Shown piece by piece: positions 51,701 to 64,000 of a stretch of DNA of 64,000 nt; position 1 is the stretch's first letter; each line of letters opens with the position of its first letter. The DNA comes from Ascidiella aspersa. Lineage: Eukaryota. The DNA is taken from NCBI GenBank assembly GCA_963924565.1, contig OZ004609.1, positions 6,448,001 to 6,512,000 on the forward strand. The letters are read 5' to 3'. The translations under genes were made by a program, and so were the position numbers. The notes beneath the pieces are model-generated. The model searched no databases. It saw only the letters and a program-made list of their open reading frames with translations, and was not told the DNA's origin.

Positions 51701-53948
51701 CTCCATTAGTATATCAAAGTTACGATACTTCGTTAGATATTTCGTTACATACCTAAACAATAGAATTAAATATATACAATGTAAAATACTGTATATGCCC
51801 ATTAGACCTACGTTGATTCACTAAAAACGGGAAAAAGTTATTTATATAATTAAACTAGCCTACATACCCGATTTTATATATATTTTATTATTTTTTATTC
51901 TGACTTTTTAGATGGGTTAATAGTGCGATTAGTGCTCTTATAGTGTATGATTTTTAATTGTTGAGCTACATTATATTTGTAGAACACCACGAAAGCATAT
52001 TTACAATTCAATATTATAAGTTGGTCATTCATTGTGTTACGTCATTCAGGTTCGTGACGTGTTCAACTTTCCCGAATTGAAGGACGAACTGTACACTCGG
52101 CTGGGCTTGGTAGATGGTGACCCCTTTCCAGACATGCCAAGGGTTTATATCGACGGGGTTTATATGGGGGTAAAAAACGCCTGGACTGATATCATGATTA
52201 TTTATAGCATTTTCTACAGAATAAGTTTAAGAGCACGAATGTAATCCGTGTTTAGCAAAGTAAATATATCGTAAGCTTCATTTTCCTCAAAGCTTTCCCA
52301 AAAGAAATATTGCATGCTTACATGCTAATTTGACGCCGTATAATTTTAAAAGCTTTTGTATGTAGACTTCGCTATCACTAAATGTATATTTTTTTAAAGG
52401 CGAGACAGAAAAAGTCACAGAAATGTTGCTTTCTAGTGTCTAGTGTTTAACGGTGTCAGTTTAAAACAGTTGTTTGTTGCTTGTTTTTGGCTTTTAGATT
52501 GGAGATTGTTCTATAGCTTATGTTTGTAATTTTCACTTTCAGGGTGGTCACGAGCTGCAAGAAATGAGCGACTGCGGCGATCTGAGGATACGACTGCGCG
52601 AATACCCGGTAAGTGACCGTTTGAAATTAGTGATTCTCAAGTTTTTCAGCTTGCGGCAGACTAAAACTATTAACACACACGCAAATACTATCCACCTGAA
52701 AGCAATATCTACTTACAAAGAATATCCCAACTTGACAATCGCACTCAATATGCGACAAGAAAATAGCTAAAAACCTTTATATTACTGTGGGCCTATCAGT
52801 TTTCTAATGAATAGTAAAAGCCTCGCATGTGTATCTTTAGTTCGCGACACCCTTGCTCTTATTTTTGCTGAGTAGTTAACTGTAACGTTACAATAAACGA
52901 GATTGAAACAGCACATTAACTGTGCACCAAGGCTGAAAAAAAAAAAAAAAAATTGTGTCAAGAAGCTTACCAATAGAGTAAAAATTTGAATCCGAAAGAA
53001 TTTGAAATATTTCTTAGCACCCTTAAGCGTTTAAAATGGCAGCCGAGAGTGCCGCAGCGCCCCATTAGAGAACCACTGGTATACATACCGAGATAAGGAT
53101 GCGTCTGTGTGTTTGCTATTAATTTGATCTCCCAGTCGTAAAATTTGGCAGTAAATCTGTCAGTTTTAGAATACTGTCACGAGGTGACGTTCCTTAAAGT
53201 TGTGCCGATGTTCTCCAAATCATCGTTTGCCCCATAAAAAATTCGAATACGTTTACACTTTGTGGGTAAAATGACAGAATAGAATTGCCGCAACTGCATT
53301 TAGTTGCCTAAAAGCGCTAAGTGCTGCTGGAAACAGTGCGAGTGCGATTTATACCATCCTACAAAAAACTTCACAAAAAAACTCTGAAATTGGCATCAAC
53401 ATACGTAGATTTATCACATTAGTTAATAAAGAAAACTTCGGAGGCATTGTCATTGGCTTTTTCGTATATACGTATATCTAGTCCCTAGATTATCCCTGAA
53501 TAATAGTATGTTTGTAAAATCAAAGTGTAGAAATATCAAAATTTTATAGCTGTCGAAACTGTTTTCAGAATTAGAAGAAGCATCACCTAAGGTTTGGAAA
53601 ATTATAAGTCTATTAGGAAAATAACATAATTCTAAATAAATAGTTGGATCATTGAGAATGTCTCTGTGGCCGAACACTGGGCAATGACCTACATTCCTAC
53701 AATTTGAAAGCCGTTCATCCATGTCAAATTAATATCACGCTTATATATTTTTCGTAGAAAATACAACTTATTTATTTTCCTAGAAATACAACATACGCTC
53801 AAAGTGCCCGACTTGTCGAGGTACGGGAATGCTGGTGTGCCACTCATGCAAGGGCAAAGCGTTCCGCAGAAAAAATCGATTCGCCTTGCTCAAGTGCGCC
53901 ACCTGCCGACAAAAAGGAACCTTGGACTGCACCGACTGCAGAGAATAG
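45799..53948 (+). CDS. GRXCR1: PDZ + glutaredoxin-like + cysteine-rich protein (GRXCR1-like with N-terminal PDZ), 389 aa
   Basis: Ten in-frame exons: 45799-45894, 46969-47099, 47903-47998, 48198-48293, 49601-49734, 50503-50645, 51111-51233, 52050-52169, 52543-52608, 53784-53948 (1170 nt). PDZ: WGIQVSG…DSPAALAGVREGDCIFGVNG…HEEVVDLI. GRXCR motifs: VRGVRARVKAG, KIIVYTTSL…CEQVRKIL, PRVYIDGVYMGG, GDL. Four CxxC pairs: CPTCRGTG, CHSCKG, CATC, CTDC. Confidence 0.88.
46175..46900. repeat. Tandemly duplicated CCGATAC/ATCGGTATCG-family MITE segments
   Basis: ~46178-46432 is similar to ~46472-46670. The same family occurs at ~2330-2420, ~12750-12810 and ~60400-60660. Confidence 0.65.
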
Positions 53949-55679
53949 TGTTTAAACATGAGCTTGCTTTTTATTTTTGTATCCGCTATTCTTCTTGATT
54001 TTCCTCGGAGAGCAGCGAAAATCATATCTCATTGTGTTTTCCCATTGGTATATTTATTTTTTTATTCTTAATGGTTTGATGCTGTGAATGTTGCAATGTG
54101 GCGAAAAAATTGTATCACCAAGATGTGCTGTTCATATGTATTTTAAATATTGCGCCTATTTAATCTGTGAAATTTTTGGTCTGTTTTACGTGCATTTCTT
54201 ATCAAAAGTTAAATAAAATAAAGTGATTTACATCTGGGATAAAAACTAGATTATTTTCCACTAACTAATCACGTTGTAGATGACCTAAAGATAAATCTAC
54301 AGTTTTTTTTACACTCTGTTCAAAAGAATCTGTGGCTTTGGGATGATATCCTCTGACTAAGATAACTCTTGGCTGCATTAAAATAAAAAAAGAAAATATT
54401 TTGTTAGTCAGCCAAGCATACTATCTTACCAATTTTGACGACATACAGATACGGCATATCTGCATTAGTAGCACAAGTGGACCTATAGATTAATTGTAAC
54501 TGGAAATTTTAGCTATTATAACTGATGTACCAAGCATACAATTTTTCTGTGACAGTATCTGTCAAAGCAAGTTTGTAGCTCGCCAGCTCACGTAGCAGTT
54601 AAACAAAAATAGTGTTTGATACGCATTTATGAGATCGTCGCTAACGCAATAGCGTAAAATAATCATAGAAATCTTAAAATATTTTTTTACTTCTCGAGGA
54701 GATTTTGGTTTGTCTTACGTCTACAACTCTGACTCGTAATTGTTTGGTTAAGGTCTGCAGACCAACGAGAAATCAGGGCACTCATTAAGTGAAGAAGATA
54801 AGCGGCCTTTATTATTATAGCAGCAGAAAATTTTGCTGATTTTCAGTGTGCAGACGCTTTGTTACGTCATCAAGATTACGAACGAAGCGTTTTGCTATAA
54901 TGCAAGCATGACACAGTGCAGCTTGTCAATTTGCCAGCTTTGTCTGTCTATTTGCTTCGTATAATGCAATTCTAGGCGCTGGTATTTCGGATAGGTGCGA
55001 GTTAGCGTTTGGGTGGGTCAAGTATTAATAATGTATTTGTTCTTACGCAGATATATTTATGCTTTTCTTGCAATTTTAACTTTGATATACTCTTAAATGT
55101 GATAGGATTCTAGACCAGCGCCCAAGATTGTTGTAAAAATATTTGTGTGCCAACATTATTATATTGGAGATCTAAATTTTGTAAAAATGTTCAGTTGTGG
55201 TATAAAGTCAAACTTCAGGTGTGCATAAAACCTATTACACACCTTCACATCTCAAAATTGGGGTCCGCATACCCCAGATATCTGTGTAAAGTGCCATGAA
55301 ATGCAAACTGACCTGACACTCACCCACAAAATATTATCAGGATCTTATTTCTTCTGACTTTTGCAACAAAAAACAGCATCGATCGAAATGAAGTCAATAT
55401 ATTTCAAAAATTTAAATCTTACATGAGCCAGATCTACTGAGAATATTTATATAGATTAAAAGTTATATCAACAAAATTAAAAAAAAAGTATTCAAATTCG
55501 TAGAATTGTTTCTAGATTTACAAACTTTCCAGACTGCATCATAACTGACCTAAAATCATGTGATTCTCATTGATTTTACTATTTTGTTAACCAGGGAAAA
55601 AGTGATATATTAGATCCTTATCTAATCAGTGAAGCCTTTTAATTGCTTTTTGAACCAATAACCTCTATACCAGTTTCGC

Positions 55680-55718
<39 letters not shown>

Positions 55719-56128
55719 AAATTAAGTGACATTGTTATACCAAATGTAGTATATATACTCTCTTCAGTGATGTAATGAAATATTATAAAATGAACTATTT
55801 TACAAGTTACATACTAAAAGAATGTCCTTGGTCTAACTTAACATTACTTTTTTTTTTTTATAGGGTTAACTGTTTTTTTATTTATTACACGCAACACAAA
55901 TATGATAGATTAAGCCGATAAAAAGATACAAATTTTTGTAACTATTTATGCATCTATGAATACCTATGCCACACTCTTATCATCTAAAATAGTTATTATA
56001 AAATATTATAGTTTATGCCTCAGCCTCATACAGGGTATTAATACATGATATCTCTTTTTCTTTATTTATATGTATTTCGCTAGATTTTTTTTTGGTGAAA
56101 TATTGTCACATGTGATCCTAAGTTTATA

Positions 56129-59100
56129 ATGGAAGCAATAACTGGAGTGCTCGGCAGTTTGTTTACCAACCCTGTAAACGTAGTACTTCTCTCGATATGT
56201 GGATATTTGGTCTATAAAATCTTCAAAGGCAATACCGTTGAGGTTAGTATTGAAACATAAAGCATAGTAAAATATGATTGGAATATGATGGCACATGTCA
56301 TATGTTTTGTTTTTTAAAATGTTTGTGGTAATTTTTCAACATTGAAATTACATCGTTGATCAATACTTTTAAGCTATTTTTCAGTATTAATTTTCAAAAT
56401 TTTAGATGTGTATTGTATAATAGGGTGGAGTGAAAAATCATTTTTCTTCCAAATCAAAATTGATGGGGTCTAAAATGCTGACAAAACATCTAAAACAGAC
56501 AAAAAATTGGATTTGGGAAATTACCTCCTTAACCGACTTGACTACCTGCCCCCAAAGGTCATGCAGGGGTCAAAATAGCTAAATCAGCCATAACTATTAT
56601 ATTTGATGTGCTAGAGAGTTAGTTGGTGGCTCAAAAGATGCAGGACATACATGTTTCTATTCAATATAATATAATTTCTTCTTCTAAAAGGAGCAGAAAT
56701 CCATGAAATTTACAAAAAACTAAATTTTGTCAAAAATTTCAAAATTTTTTATTTTTATCTAAAATTTTTTTAAAATGATGAAGAAATGTGGCATTAAAAA
56801 TCTAAATATACTGCATACATACCACCCAATCACAATACTGATATTGGACACTATATTGTTCTTAAACAAATTGGTTCTTTGTATGGAAATATGGCATGAG
56901 TATTCTCTATTTAAGCTTTTGCCGATTCAGCCTCGTCTTGCAAATCCAGCAACAGATGATGGAGCTTGACATGACGCTTGAATGCTTGATTGAGACAAGG
57001 GTGGCCTAACCTGAGAGATGTTTTTGTTATTGCTTTAATATCAAAGTCATAGAGAGTTTTGATGACAGGAGGTTGCTGTATATCCATTGAACTCCATGAA
57101 ATCGTCTGTTGGTATGACTTCTTCACGTTTATTTTGCAATGACAAAACGTGGAAGATCACGACCAGTGTTAGTGTCATGTGATTTGGACTCATTTTCTGG
57201 TTCTATAACATTACCTGTACCTTCAAAATCCTCATTGACAGTCATCTTGAAACTGCCTGAACTACCCCGAATAACTTGTATTTGGCTGACACCAAAGTGA
57301 CGACTGTCTTCCTGTCCATCCGTAACATAACTTCAATTTCGTTGAATTACTTTTATTCTTTCTTAAGTTTTTTTCTTAAGTTGAAAAACAATAAAATAGA
57401 GGGTCACACAACACTTCATATTTGTGAGAGAGAAAAAACGTAACAACTCTCACAAGCCCGGTGTGCCGTGGTGCTCAGTTTAGGAATCGCTGATACTATA
57501 TGTCAATCCACTCAAAATATTTATTATTTATACTTATTTTTCTTTTAAATTGATAGGATATGGGACCACCACCTGAGCCAGGCCTTCCTAAACTTCCGCA
57601 AAGAGACATGACGATTGCAGAATTGAAAGAGTATGACGGTGTAAAGAATGAAGGAAGGATTTTGATGGCTGTTAATGGAAAGGTCTTTGATGTTACAAGG
57701 GGAAAATCATTTTACGGCCCAGGTATGTAATTCCTTTAGGACCTGTTTCCACAAAGTCTTTGAGTCTCTAAATGTCTTAATTAATTTGCATATTTAGTCT
57801 TAGAAAAACCCTGTGTTTTCGAAAAGCCTTTCAAATGAATTTATTTTATGTGAACTTAAGTCATGTGTTTTAAAGTGCCTTTAAAACATTAAAACATTTT
57901 TTTGACTATTTGTTATTTGGTGAGGAACGACATGACATTTCTAAATCACTGTCCAATTTTAAGTGGAGTTGCCTAAATCAAAAAGAGAAAGCTTGTGTTC
58001 AATAGTGCCATACAATGCTTATTTAAAGAAAGTATTTTTTTATTTAAAGCATTACTAAAAAGTCTGGTTTGTGTGCTCAATGTACTTTGAACTTGCAATG
58101 AGTATAGCCATTCTCCATACTATACACCACCATCTCCATTCTCTGTTCAAATATTTAACTTCATTTGCTGAAAAAATCAGAAGTTACCCTTTAAGCTGTT
58201 GATGGAACAAATGCCTGGAACATTATTTGCTATGTCAAATTTTCAAACCATGTAGAGGTTTTGCTTACTTATTTAGAATAAAGAAGTCTTGCAAATTACC
58301 GAAAGAACAACAAATTTTTCAGAATGGTCTCAAAACCAGTAATATAACTATTCAAACATGTAAGTTCTGGTTGTAATGATGTTCAGCAAAAAACAGCCTG
58401 TTTACAAAAAGAAGACTTATTCTGAATAATTTTTGGATGCTAGTTCTAAAAATTACTTCAAGATTTTTTTTGTTTGGTTGTTCAATTCATTGCATCATCA
58501 TAAATGGTCACAGATTAGCAATTAAGTAGAGACAAGAGATGACTGTTTTGGCCTGGTTGGGGACCAAGAAGTTCCCATAAATAGAGTAAAGACAAAGAAT
58601 ATATGCGTAATTAAAAAAGACAATTGATACAACACAATGGGATTTTGATCAAGCCAGTAAAGCCACCACCAAATAAAGAAGTTCTAACTGCACCAAGGTC
58701 ATAGCCTTATAGGAACAATAATTACTGAATACTCTTGGTATCTTATAGGGAAGATCTAATGAACATTATCTAAATTTAAAAAGAGAAACAATTTTCTGTA
58801 TAATAGTGATAATTCCAATATTGCCATCTAGATACATATTTGCTGTTGATAATTTAATTGCTTTTCGCACATAGGCATATTTACATAATTATATTATATT
58901 TGGAAAAAAAAAATATATATATGAGGGTCATTTGTCATAGCAAATAGAAAAAATACGAGGTCATTTTTGGAATCAGCAACCAAAAATTAACCAAAAACAC
59001 TATCTTACTTTTTAGTTTCCAAAATTCATGCAGACATGTTCCCATTTTAACTTAGTTTTAACATGACACTTAAGCCAAGTAGAATTGGTTGAAGCATAGA

Positions 59101-61754
59101 AACTAACAAACATAAAGGAATGAAAGTATAAAACAATCAGTGCGAAAACTGCACACTTAAACACATGCAAGCCTAAAAATGCCAACCACAATATATATCT
59201 CAAAATGGAAAAAATAAGCCATTTTTTGGCATGATGTTGGTTGCTCATGTTTATGTGTTTTTTAAATGGGTAATAAAAGTTATTAGCATCCCTTATATAT
59301 CAAGTAGGTTTTAAATTGCTTCTTGGTTTCAGTAGGTTTGACTCAATTCTTTATTGTGAGTTTCAGAAAGCACATTAACTGAAGGTGATATAAGCTTGTA
59401 TCGATACATCTTAATCAAGATAATGTCGATCTACTCGACCTTTTAGGCTTTGTAATTTATTGACAAGTTTTAAAAAGATTTGAAAATTTCCCCTTCTATT
59501 GTTTGCAGATGGTCCCTATGGAGTTTTTACCGAAAATGCCTACCACAATATATATATATATATCTTAAATTAGAAAAAATGAGGAATTTTTATGGACATA
59601 GTGTTGGTTGCTCATTATATGGGCCGAATTTTTATGTGTTTTTAATGGATGCTTCTTGGTTTCAGGGGGTTTGACTTCTTTATTGTCAGTTAGGAAAGAT
59701 TTTAAACTTCCCCTACTATTGTTTGCAGAGGGTCCCTATGGAGTTTTTGCCGGAAGAGATGCATCACGTGGCTTGGCTCAGTTTCGCCTCGACAAAGAAG
59801 CAATAAAGGAAGAGTATGATGATATTAGCGACCTCAATGCCATGGAAATGGAAAGTGTGCGAGAATGGGAAATGCAGTTTTCCGGTAAGTAATGTTGTTA
59901 AAAAAGTACCAAAAATGATGATTATATATATATATATATATATGGACATAGGCGCTGCTGAATTTTCAAAATTCAAGAGCATGATTTTCTAAATGGTGCA
60001 AAAATGCTTAAAAAAAAATGTTGTACATATTTCAAAAAAAAAAATTACATATTTATTGAAACATTTTGCTGTTTTTATAACTTTTTTATAGGTTTAAAAA
60101 AGTTTCCTTGGAAATGGCCAAACATCACATTAAATCGGCTACATTTTATAATTAAAAAATATAGATTTCATGTCGTTGTTTCGGTACATGGTAATTCAGG
60201 AATAGTTTTAACACTTAAGGTAAAGTAAGACCGTGTTGCAAGAATTAATGGACCATGTAACTTGGTCAAATCCCAAGCGCTCTGTCGCCCTGTTAGAAAT
60301 TCAGAGTGTATAAAACGCTTTGCACAACAGCGTTCGGTGCCCATATATAAGCTTGTCTGATAATATAGGATCAGAGCTCCTACCTAAATGGTGCCTAGTG
60401 GGACAGTATCAGTACTTATCCGATACTAGGGTGGCATCAGTGCCGATCTGATACGAAATTAATACAGCAATATTAGGCAAGATTTTTGATCATCCCTAAT
60501 TTAAAATGTAGATAGAAGGCTAACAAACTAAGATAATTTAACTTGTCATTGGTAAAGCAAATTTTAGTCTAATAACATGGGAAAATTGGCTTTAAGTTTT
60601 AACATTTCAATTATATCTATTTTGCCGGTTTGAACTTAGTAATGAATGATGTATCAGACACCACAATAACTAGGACTGGTCGGAGCATTGTGCTTTAAGA
60701 CATCTTGGAAAAGCATAAATTAAAAATGCTCTTAAATTGGCAGACTGATTATCCTCAGTTTTGTATATTATGTCATTTTTTTTCAGTTTTGTTTATTATG
60801 TCATCTTTTAGGAGTGTTTTAGCATTTTTAAGTTTAACCAAAAAAAGTTATTATATATATAAATATAAATTCTAACTTTTATTTTCAAAATGCATTAAAC
60901 AAATTTCAAGTTTACATGATAAAAACTATTTAGTTAATATATATACATATTATGTATATATTTGGTTGAAGAACATACTGCTGTTCTTAAAATGTCCCAA
61001 TGTACCATCACTAGCAGTCCAATCCGTTTGCACCATCTTTTTGGTGTTACTTGTGCACCGCAAGCTATTATAGGTTAAAAGAACAACTTTGTTTATTTGG
61101 GAACAAGCAATTAAACTTACAAAGCAACAATTTATCTAAAGCAGAATAAACTATAATTTACCCATTTATTAAGACTAACAACATAATAAAGCCAAATACA
61201 CAATAGTATCCACAACAGAAGTCGTCTGAACAAGTCTAAATAAGTTAAATTAAGAAGCAAGGCCTAAATGGACAATATAGCCTTTCAAAGATATAAGGGC
61301 CATAGGCCAGGCAGTGGACACATTGGTTCAGATGTTTGAGCACCCTAGTTTGAATTGAACCGTTGGGGCCCCGTTGTATTGGCGTTGGATTGTTTGCTTC
61401 TATTGGTAGTGGTTAAAAATTGGGTTGTGGTTGACATTATTGGTCGAGTTAGGGGTGGAGTTGATGTTAGGTAAAAAGTTGTATAGGCCCTAGTGTGGCA
61501 TTTTAGGTTTATGACTTATACCGATTTAGATGTTATTAAGACTATTCGGTACTAGTTCACTTTTGGTTTTCTTCCTAATGCAATGTTGTTCTAATTTTGG
61601 TTTATGGCTGGAGTTTGTTTGTTTATTTTTAACAATTATTTTTTCGGCAGAAAAATATGACTTTGTTGGAAAACTGCTGAAACCCGGTGAAGTGCCCACC
61701 GACTACTCAGATATGAGCGACAATGAAGCAGAAAAGGACAAGAAAAAAGATTAA
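56129..61754 (+). CDS. PGRMC1: Membrane-associated progesterone receptor component (PGRMC1/2 pro-orthologue; cytochrome b5-like haem-binding), 179 aa
   Basis: Exons 56129-56242 (TM: [24 protein letters not shown]), 57557-57722 ([13 protein letters not shown]…[22 protein letters not shown]), 59729-59884 ([17 protein letters not shown]…EYDDISDL…VREWEMQF), 61651-61754 ([21 protein letters not shown]). Confidence 0.95.
56421..57330 (-). mobile_element. Decayed hAT (hATm-like) transposon remnant in PGRMC intron 1
   Basis: TAGGGTG terminus at 56421. The minus-strand peptide [14 protein letters not shown] resembles the transposase C-terminal motif PCHxQAVERxVKL. Frame is disrupted. Confidence 0.55.
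59176..59756 (+). repeat. Tandem duplication including the PGRMC exon 3 acceptor and first ~25 coding nt
   Basis: ~59176-59535 is similar to ~59533-59756; CTATTGTTTGCAG|A(T/G)GGTCCCTATGGAGTTTTT occurs twice (exon starts 59509 and 59729). Confidence 0.85.
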
Positions 61755-64000
61755 GCAGTTGAACGTCCGGATAAGTTTGACTTTTGGCAAAACTGCCCTT
61801 ATTGTAATTGTGTTGGGGTTCATTTGGATTGACTGAATGCCAGCAAGTTGTACTGAAGCTTTTCAATTTAATGTGTAAATACATATCTATGGTACATGCA
61901 CAGTTACACACCAAAATGAATACTAGTTCACCATAACGTTATTCCCACTGCTCTTTTTTTTGTGTCCCATAACATTTCAGCTTGATTAGATATATGTAGT
62001 GCTATTACACTCCTATAATAGTTGCATAGACAAATGAATTCATAAGCATTCGGATTTCTTTGTAAAAATTAATTGTTTTATATTGCCAAATTTTTTTTCC
62101 ATTTTTCATCATTATTCATAATCTTGTTTGTAGTACCTAAAGTTTAATACCCACATCCCTAAGCTTTACGAACTGGAATAGGCGTGGTTATCAATGTTAA
62201 TTTATTGTAACTGTTTTGTATATATTTATTAGATATGTTTATCTGTATGTTATATACCAGACTAATTGTGGGGCTTGGCAGTATTTGCTGATTTTGATAA
62301 TTGAAACGAAAACACTGCTTTATCATATAAACTTCCTGTGTGCGTATCTTTACCAATTTTAGATCGAATACCCAAACAATACAGAAGCCCGTAGATTTTT
62401 CTAAAAATTTGGTGGTAAATTAATTTTTAAATCCCATAAAGAAAAGGAAAATATTATGTGAATATTTAAAATTAGTATTTTTTTTTTATTTTTTATGTAA
62501 AGCGTAATTGAAAAAAAAACTCACAATATATTCTACTTCTTTTTGGCATTTCTACTACTAATTACAACGTCCAATCATTTTATATAAAGCATCAATGTAT
62601 TAAAATGTTTTAAAACTTTAATGCACTGTCCCTAACTGGTTGTAACGCTTGAAAGCAATCATATCGTTTATATAAGTTGTGTGTTATATAATTTATGATA
62701 ATTGCTCTTTACAATTTATGAAGTTTCAGATTTTCGGAAATGCTAGATTTGTGTGGAATTTGGTTGTGTACTTGTAATAGGACATGACTTATTTCGTGTT
62801 GTTTAAATCACTGTGAGGTTTTTCAATCCAACATCTCCCCATTTTTAATTGTACCATACTTGGTTTTCCACAGAAGCTAGCACGTATATCCAACCGGTTT
62901 AACTATTTAAACTATAGAAATTGAAAACTGTCATTTAAAAACTTAATTTATTTAAATTGGCCCCTTGCTAAATATTAAAAGGTTTATTACATTTTGGAAT
63001 TTGTTTTTAGCAAACCTTGTTGTGCTTTGTGTGACAACCAAATTCCGTAGTATTGCCACGCCTATATGTTGCATTTATCCCGGAGTAGAATGATTTTTAG
63101 CGCCATTTAAAAGTGTGCGTGATTGCGGGCGCCGCGAGAGTATTTTTCTGGTCTTTTGTACCAATTTTGGGCTGCGTGCATTGCCCTGATTTCAATATTG
63201 CAACTCGTTTGCGCTATTAGTTCCTATAATTGCTCAATTTTAAAGTAAATCTCTTGCAAACATGTGTCGAAGGACGACGTTTATTTGTACAAAACCCGCT
63301 TACATCAGGATTAACGGCAATTAACCGTCATATATTTGCGTGTGATGAGTGGCACTTTTACGTAAAGTAGTAATTCATTCAAAATAAAAACGAGGCGTTG
63401 CAATAACCGCTTTCTACCTATTGCAAAAACATACCCAATACTCTTTGTAATGCGATAATTATGAAATACCAGCATTTGCGAACGTTTATTTTTCTCGACC
63501 GTTTGGTCAAGGATACAGTAGCAAATGTCATATCTCACCAAGATGGTAATGTCATAAAAACAAACTTGCTTATAAGTTTAAGCGCCGTAATGTTTGTTTG
63601 CATTGCATATAAAATTTGCCACCGAATTTGCATATTAAGGTTTTTGCAGAAGGGCGTAACATGGGCATGAGAAATCACCACGTCGGATCAAAAAATTATT
63701 TACTTAGCTTTTTGACTAAGGCAATGTTTTTGTGCCGGACAGGCTAAAGACCGCTTGCGGCGTTAATGTGCATTCTACATAAACCAACGAACGCCATTAA
63801 ATCGTTAGCCATCGCTGCTTTGGGTAAACATCCGGTTTCGCCTTTGCAACGCTCGCCGTCAGAAATCTGACTAGCCGAGAGATTTGTTCCTCCAGAGATC
63901 GCACGACCAGCGTTTTGCCGTGGCTTGTTCACAGGAAGTCTAAACCGACTCGGCAGTTCTCAATCTACATTCTATATTTGTCGATTTTTGGGCGAAGAGT

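Noticed and set aside
63744-64000. GC-richer minus-strand ORF at the right edge
   Set aside because: All three frames hit stops nearby and no domain is recognisable; it may be a terminal exon or TE fragment but cannot be supported from this window.

Overview
AT-rich, intron-containing animal genomic DNA, not prokaryotic. Gene content, intron sizes and MITE density suggest an invertebrate, most plausibly a tunicate (inference). Most entries in the ORF track are noise or single exons. By matching GT-AG junctions and exon phases by hand I rebuilt six spliced genes: (1) the 5' part of an IAP/BIR gene on the minus strand, running off the left edge; (2) a 247-aa tail-anchored sulfotransferase-like P-loop protein; (3) a ~952-aa NLR (NACHT-LRR); (4) a 103-aa ZCCHC24-like protein with only the 3CxxC domain; (5) a 389-aa PDZ-GRXCR1-like fusion; (6) PGRMC1/2. 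Introns and intergenic DNA carry many hAT-type MITEs with 8-bp TSDs, a 2.6-kb PIF/Harbinger-class derivative, a decayed hAT transposase and degenerate Penelope-type hammerhead motifs. The best candidate for a new system is the NLR. It shows no death-fold effector domain. Instead it has an N-terminal RHIM-like putative amyloid motif (…NINVTEVVYIGNLGNV…) and a separate terminal exon encoding a polybasic CaaX prenylation signal (…KRGSKQCHVM*). All gene models are manual and lack transcript support.
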